This document shows positions 60,072 to 64,000 of a stretch of 64,000 nt of DNA, in pieces; positions within the stretch are counted from its first letter, which is position 1, and every line of letters begins with the position of its first letter. The stretch spans positions 64,001-128,000 of the forward strand of contig JBMOPW010000044.1 of NCBI GenBank assembly GCA_049322915.1, written 5' to 3'. Position numbers and translations under genes: made by a program. The stretch is from Candidatus Zhuqueibacterota bacterium (lineage in GTDB: Bacteria; Zhuqueibacterota; Zhuqueibacteria; Thermofontimicrobiales; Thermofontimicrobiaceae). A model generated the notes under the pieces. The model searched no databases and was not told where the DNA came from. It saw only the letters and a list, made by a program, of their open reading frames with translations.

Positions 60072-60578
60072 TTACATATATTCAGTTGAAATTACCCTGA
60101 TATATTTTTGTTGATCGAAGATTAAAATTGGCGCGAGACAAAGTGTAATAAATGTACTAAAACAAAATAAAAAGAAAATGACTGTCCCGAAACTGCCGAT
60201 AGTTTGAATGAGCCAATTTTGTTGCAATATCAACCAAAGTTCAGTCCTTGTTAATTCATGCTGTAATATATAAATAGAAAACAGGATAAACATAATTGCA
60301 AATGCGAATTCGAAAAGTGGAAGAATCGGGATGGTGGATTTCTCGGTGATTGGAATCGGTTTTTCCTGTGGCAGTCCCGCCAAAATTTTGTCGAATGTGT
60401 CGCTGGCTGGCGCCTTGTCCTGCAAATTGTTCAGCAAAGCACCTGTCTCGTTCAGAATGGAAATGTATTCTCTGCACTGGCTGCACGCTTTGAGATGGCC
60501 TTTCACTTTTGCTTTCTGTTTGTTGGAGAGTTCGTTGTAGAAAAAAGCAGTCAGTTCATTTTTATTTGGATGACTCAT
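60072..60578 (-). CDS. Zinc-binding (ZAS) membrane anti-sigma factor
   Basis: H4...HLKACSQC (HxxxCxxC) plus two TM helices; directly after the ECF sigma gene. Confidence 0.88.
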   Translation of the reverse strand: MSHPNKNELTAFFYNELSNKQKAKVKGHLKACSQCREYISILNETGALLNNLQDKAPASDTFDKILAGLPQEKPIPITEKSTIPILPLFEFAFAIMFILFSIYILQHELTRTELWLILQQNWLIQTIGSFGTVIFFLFCFSTFITLCLAPILIFDQQKYIRVISTEYM

Positions 60579-60581
60579 GAT

Positions 60582-61196
60582 TCACCTTTGAATGGATGCA
60601 TCATTCAGGTCAGAGGGCGCTAAGATTTCCCGAAGCTGCGATATGGCGCGATGGAATCTGGCTTTGAGCGTGCCTTCGGGGGTTTCTGTAATCTCGGCAA
60701 TCTCTTTGAATTTCAATTGTTGAAAATGCTTCATGACGATGATTTCCCGCAGGACAGGACTGAGCTGTCCCAGCGCTTCGCCAATGACGTGTTTCAGATC
60801 GGACTGTTCGCTTGAATGATCCGGCAGCTCGCCGTGACTGTCCGCAATCTCATCCTGCCCTTCGTTCATTGCAGTGACATCCAGATAATGATAATCGTAG
60901 CGTTTTCGCGACAACTCATTTCGTGTCAGATTCAGCGCAATTTTCAGCACCCATCCTTTGAAATTGCCATGCATCAGATTGAATGTGTGCGCAGCCACCC
61001 AGACGCGGGTGAATGTCTCCTGCAGCAAGTCCTGAGCAAGTTCCCGGTTGCCGCTATATTTCAGGATGAAGTTGAAAATGAACAGTTCATACCGACAGTA
61101 AATAACCTCGAAGGCGCGGGTATCTCTATCGATGACACGTTTCATGAGTTCTTTGTCAGTATTCTGTTCCATTTTCTCCCAATCGATCTGCATCAC
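60582..61196 (-). CDS. ECF RNA polymerase sigma factor
   Basis: AQDLLQETF, FKGWVLKIALN, EIAEI...PEGTLKARFHRA. Confidence 0.95.
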   Translation of the reverse strand: MMQIDWEKMEQNTDKELMKRVIDRDTRAFEVIYCRYELFIFNFILKYSGNRELAQDLLQETFTRVWVAAHTFNLMHGNFKGWVLKIALNLTRNELSRKRYDYHYLDVTAMNEGQDEIADSHGELPDHSSEQSDLKHVIGEALGQLSPVLREIIVMKHFQQLKFKEIAEITETPEGTLKARFHRAISQLREILAPSDLNDASIQR

Positions 61197-61197
61197 T

Positions 61198-61226
61198 ATA
61201 TACAGGATGATTTGAAAAATGGTTGT
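61198..61226 (-). promoter_or_regulatory. Probable autoregulatory ECF promoter (leaderless)
   Basis: ACAACC...TGTATA (AAC-N18-GTA) immediately before the ATG, no SD. Confidence 0.5.
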
Positions 61227-61324
61227 ACGATTCAGGCATTTTTTTCAGAAAATCAGGGGTCATTTATAATTCGCGGGGATGAAGGAGAAACGCTGAATTT
61301 CGGTCGGCATGAATGGTGAAAAAA

Positions 61325-61352
61325 GTAGGGAATGCAAATGTACATTCCCTAC
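61325..61352. repeat. GTAG-type REP-like palindrome or terminator
   Basis: GTAGGGAATG-CAAATGTA-CATTCCCTAC. Confidence 0.55.
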
Positions 61353-61366
61353 GGGCGATCTACTCA

Positions 61367-62860
61367 TTAAAATCTTTCCCAGATGGGCGCGATTCTGTCT
61401 TTACCGCGTGAGCCTAAAATGACCGGAGTGATTCCTGCAATTTCGCACAGGTAAATCAGGCTTTGCACATGGTCGCCGGCCACAGCGAGAATGTGATTGC
61501 AGGGGAACACGCTGACAAATTCATCGATGGAGCATTCCAGTTTGGCGTGAACGTGCGGCCAGGTGGGATCGGTCTGTTTGTTAATCTGGGAGCGTTTTGC
61601 GGCATCCAGTTCCAGAACTTCGCCGGGTACGATCACCATGTATGGCTTTTCATCCCACAATCCCAGTCGGGCAAACGTGAGCGGCCCCGGTTTGGCGTCG
61701 AATTCCACCGAAGCGCCGCCGGCTTTGAAATAGAACTCCAGCGCCGGATGGAAGCTGATGGTATTAAAATTGTCTTTCGGATCGCGACTCAGCGCGGCGT
61801 AGTAGCTGGCATGGTTTCCCGAATTGCAGAAATCCCAAATGCCCAACTCCGGATGGTACAGCCGCACATCCATGAACAGCGCCGGCATACCGCCACTGAT
61901 ATATTTCAGCAGTTGCATGGTGATGGCAGCGTAGGTGTCCGCCTCGGTGGCGCAGACAGTGGATTCTTTGGGGCCGCGCCAGTCATAGGGATCGTTCATC
62001 AGCATTTCCGGCACATCGCCCAGACACACGTATTCGGTCAATTCCCGCTGCCCTTTCAATCCGCAGAAGTCAAAGCCCTTGTTTTTGTTCACCATTTCCA
62101 TTGCCAGGTACAGCCGGATTTGGGTTTTCAGCGTTTGCGGCGTGAGCATTTTGCCGTCGTATTTCAGACGATCGCCCAGTAATTTTTCGAACCATTTCAG
62201 ACCTTTCTCCACTTCGGCTTCATCCACATGCTCCATCTGTTTCACGAGCCACAACTGATCAATCTGGCGGATGGTCGTGCCCAGGACTTTCAGCGTTGGC
62301 GTCAAATGCGAAAAACCCGTCTCCATGCCCATAGAATGGCCGCCGTAACAGCCGTACACTTCGTTGCGAATAGTGGTCACCGCCTGACTGGCGCGCACCC
62401 AATCAAGCACTTTTTTCCGCGTTTCCGGATCATTCTGCTCGCCGATGATGCGATGAGTGCGGATGCCCGCCTGGCGCAGCGCTCCATCCGTTGCCAGCAG
62501 TCCGACATTGCCGGGGAATTTCCCGTTGTTATTGGACAGGCTGAGAATTGGGATATTGCGGCCGATCGAGTTGAGCACGGGCCATACCAGAAATGGAAAA
62601 TTCCAGACATTGTAGCAGAAGATAATTTGTTTGCAGTTAGCCCTGGTGAGCTGTTCCCCGACGTGCTGCGCCGACCGCGCGTCGTAAATGATTTGATTCC
62701 CAATTTCCACGTCATAGGTTTCGCCGTAAAAATTGACGCCATCCGTTTTGATGATCTCGGCCCAGCTTTTCACGACGTCCATGTTCTGGGGATTGGTGGC
62801 AGAATGGACGTGAGGGCGTTCATCCGTTAACATCACAATTCCGATTTTTGTTTTTCGCAT
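61367..62860 (-). CDS. L-fucose/L-arabinose isomerase-family protein
   Basis: GGHSMGM, GLKGQRELTEY, CATEAD, FMDVR, DFCNSG, PTWPH, PCNH; GGAGG RBS. Confidence 0.85.
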   Translation of the reverse strand: MRKTKIGIVMLTDERPHVHSATNPQNMDVVKSWAEIIKTDGVNFYGETYDVEIGNQIIYDARSAQHVGEQLTRANCKQIIFCYNVWNFPFLVWPVLNSIGRNIPILSLSNNNGKFPGNVGLLATDGALRQAGIRTHRIIGEQNDPETRKKVLDWVRASQAVTTIRNEVYGCYGGHSMGMETGFSHLTPTLKVLGTTIRQIDQLWLVKQMEHVDEAEVEKGLKWFEKLLGDRLKYDGKMLTPQTLKTQIRLYLAMEMVNKNKGFDFCGLKGQRELTEYVCLGDVPEMLMNDPYDWRGPKESTVCATEADTYAAITMQLLKYISGGMPALFMDVRLYHPELGIWDFCNSGNHASYYAALSRDPKDNFNTISFHPALEFYFKAGGASVEFDAKPGPLTFARLGLWDEKPYMVIVPGEVLELDAAKRSQINKQTDPTWPHVHAKLECSIDEFVSVFPCNHILAVAGDHVQSLIYLCEIAGITPVILGSRGKDRIAPIWERF

Positions 62861-63150
62861 GATTTCCTCCAATTAATTTCTGATAATATTTCACCGATAA
62901 AATTGGCAACGACAACGAGTTGAATGAGTAAACGACTTTTAGCTGATGTGTCCGAACGGTTGAAGGCGTTGTTCATGGGTATGATGTTGATCTGTTTCCT
63001 GAATGCATTTTCCACCCCTGAGATATTGGAGCATCCAGCGCCTGGCTGGCTCGCCATGCAAGAATCAGCCAGCAAACCGAGTCGAATATACAAAAATAAA
63101 AAATGATTTGGAAGTAATATTTTCATTAAATGAATGGTTCGTTCCGGCGC

Positions 63151-63188
63151 AAAAAAAAGCTCTCTGTTAGGGTAGAACAGAGAGCTTT
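63151..63188 (-). terminator. Intrinsic terminator of the lexA operon
   Basis: AAAGCTCTCTGTT/AACAGAGAGCTTT stem followed by a T-run on the minus strand. Confidence 0.85.
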
Positions 63189-63275
63189 AGAGGAGATTAT
63201 TTTATTTACTCCTGGAGGGAGGAAAGAAAATAAAAAGGAAAATGAGAAAAATGGAATCGACGTAAATCAATTTTG

Positions 63276-63497
63276 CTAAGCTGCAACTTTATTGGCGTTT
63301 TCCAAATGCTCAATTCGCTCTTCCAGAATTTCCTGAATTTCGATCATCTCCATGGACATGAGAACTCGTCCCATCGATGTCCGCAATTCCCCATAGAGCA
63401 CATCGATGTTGTCAAGGTATGTTTTCAATCCGGCTAAATCGTTGGAGTTGAGCAATAGTTTTTTCCAATCGGAAAAATTTTTAATTCGCTTTTGCAT
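63276..63497 (-). CDS. Small hypothetical protein downstream of lexA, ending in KVAA
   Basis: AAGGAGG RBS; 38 nt after the lexA stop; followed by a terminator. Confidence 0.85.
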   Translation of the reverse strand: MQKRIKNFSDWKKLLLNSNDLAGLKTYLDNIDVLYGELRTSMGRVLMSMEMIEIQEILEERIEHLENANKVAA

Positions 63498-63535
63498 GGC
63501 GGGTGCCTCCTTGAAACGGGTAAGCTTGTACCCTG

Positions 63536-64000
63536 TTAATGAGTTCGATGTATAACAGCTTCGACCCGACCAAGAACTTTGAAATAGAGATCATTCTTGC
63601 TGATCATTATCGGCTGAAAAGCCGGATTCTCGGGTTGAAGTCGGATGAAATCACTTTCCAGAAAAAACCGTTTGACGGTTGCTTCTTCATCCAAAAGGGC
63701 AACAATGATTTCATTGTTTTCCGGGAAGTGTTTTTGTTTGACAAAGATCAAATCGTTATGATTGATGTGGGCGTCCTTCATGCTTTCTCCCGAAACGCGG
63801 AGAATGAAATCCGCATCGATCCCCAGGATGCGGGTGTTCACGGTGAAATAGCCTTCGATGTTCTGTTCGGCAAACAGAGGACTCCCGGCTGCGACGGTCC
63901 CCAGAATTGGGATTATTTTTTCTTCGCCATCGTGCAGAGAACGCTTCTGAACGACTTCGATGCAACGGGCGCCACCGCGCAGATTTCGTTTTATGTAACC
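63536..64000 (-). CDS. lexA: LexA repressor (5' end outside window)
   Basis: Continuous frame GYIKR...IPILGTVAAGSP (Ala-Gly cleavage site), VSGESM (Ser), ATVKRF (Lys), LQPEN. Confidence 0.95.
   Translation of the reverse strand, partial: GYIKRNLRGGARCIEVVQKRSLHDGEEKIIPILGTVAAGSPLFAEQNIEGYFTVNTRILGIDADFILRVSGESMKDAHINHNDLIFVKQKHFPENNEIIVALLDEEATVKRFFLESDFIRLQPENPAFQPIMISKNDLYFKVLGRVEAVIHRTH

Noticed and set aside
987..62830. Many long antisense ORFs (e.g. 987-1703, 2085-2978, 40683-41747, 45603-46568, 61463-62182)
   Set aside because: They are shadows of well-supported genes on the opposite strand, with no independent motifs
63536..63965. Apparent split or frameshifted lexA in the ORF track
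   Set aside because: Manual translation gives one continuous frame to the window edge; the true start is outside the window

Overview
Mostly core chromosomal DNA from a diderm bacterium, probably a non-Bacteroidota FCB-group lineage such as KSB1/Calditrichota. This is inferred from an NYPNPFN/FlgD-Ig C-terminal sorting domain, GldAFG- and SprE-like genes, and ordinary TTGACA/TATAAT promoters with Shine-Dalgarno sites. In order, the window holds: an ecfT-truA-tal-htrA-purB-purC operon; an OPT transporter plus PqqD/RRE protein; nfeD-nfeD-floA-yqfB-like-M29 peptidase; DUF2851, CapA, cdsA, rlpA, pyrDK, a TPR lipoprotein and cobB; SLBB, OM-barrel and OmpA proteins; queH-amrS; a three-gene signalling operon; ppiD, pepD and tricorn protease; an amidase-like lipoprotein; a GldA/F/G-DUF4340 ABC system; a 1732-aa double beta-propeller cohesin-dockerin secreted protein; an ECF sigma/anti-sigma/zinc-ribbon/thiN cluster; a fucose-isomerase-like gene; and a partial lexA. 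I found no rRNA, tRNA, CRISPR, phage or transposase genes. Best leads: (1) a probable phosphorelay whose triple-GAF sensor has a His box but no ATPase domain and feeds an HD-GYP enzyme; (2) a small lexA-cotranscribed protein ending in the same VAA degron that LexA cleavage exposes; (3) the cohesin-dockerin-cohesin propeller protein; (4) several strongly structured intergenic RNAs; (5) nested and duplicated MITEs; (6) shared ECF-type promoters. All product calls come from motif recognition only; no database searches were run.
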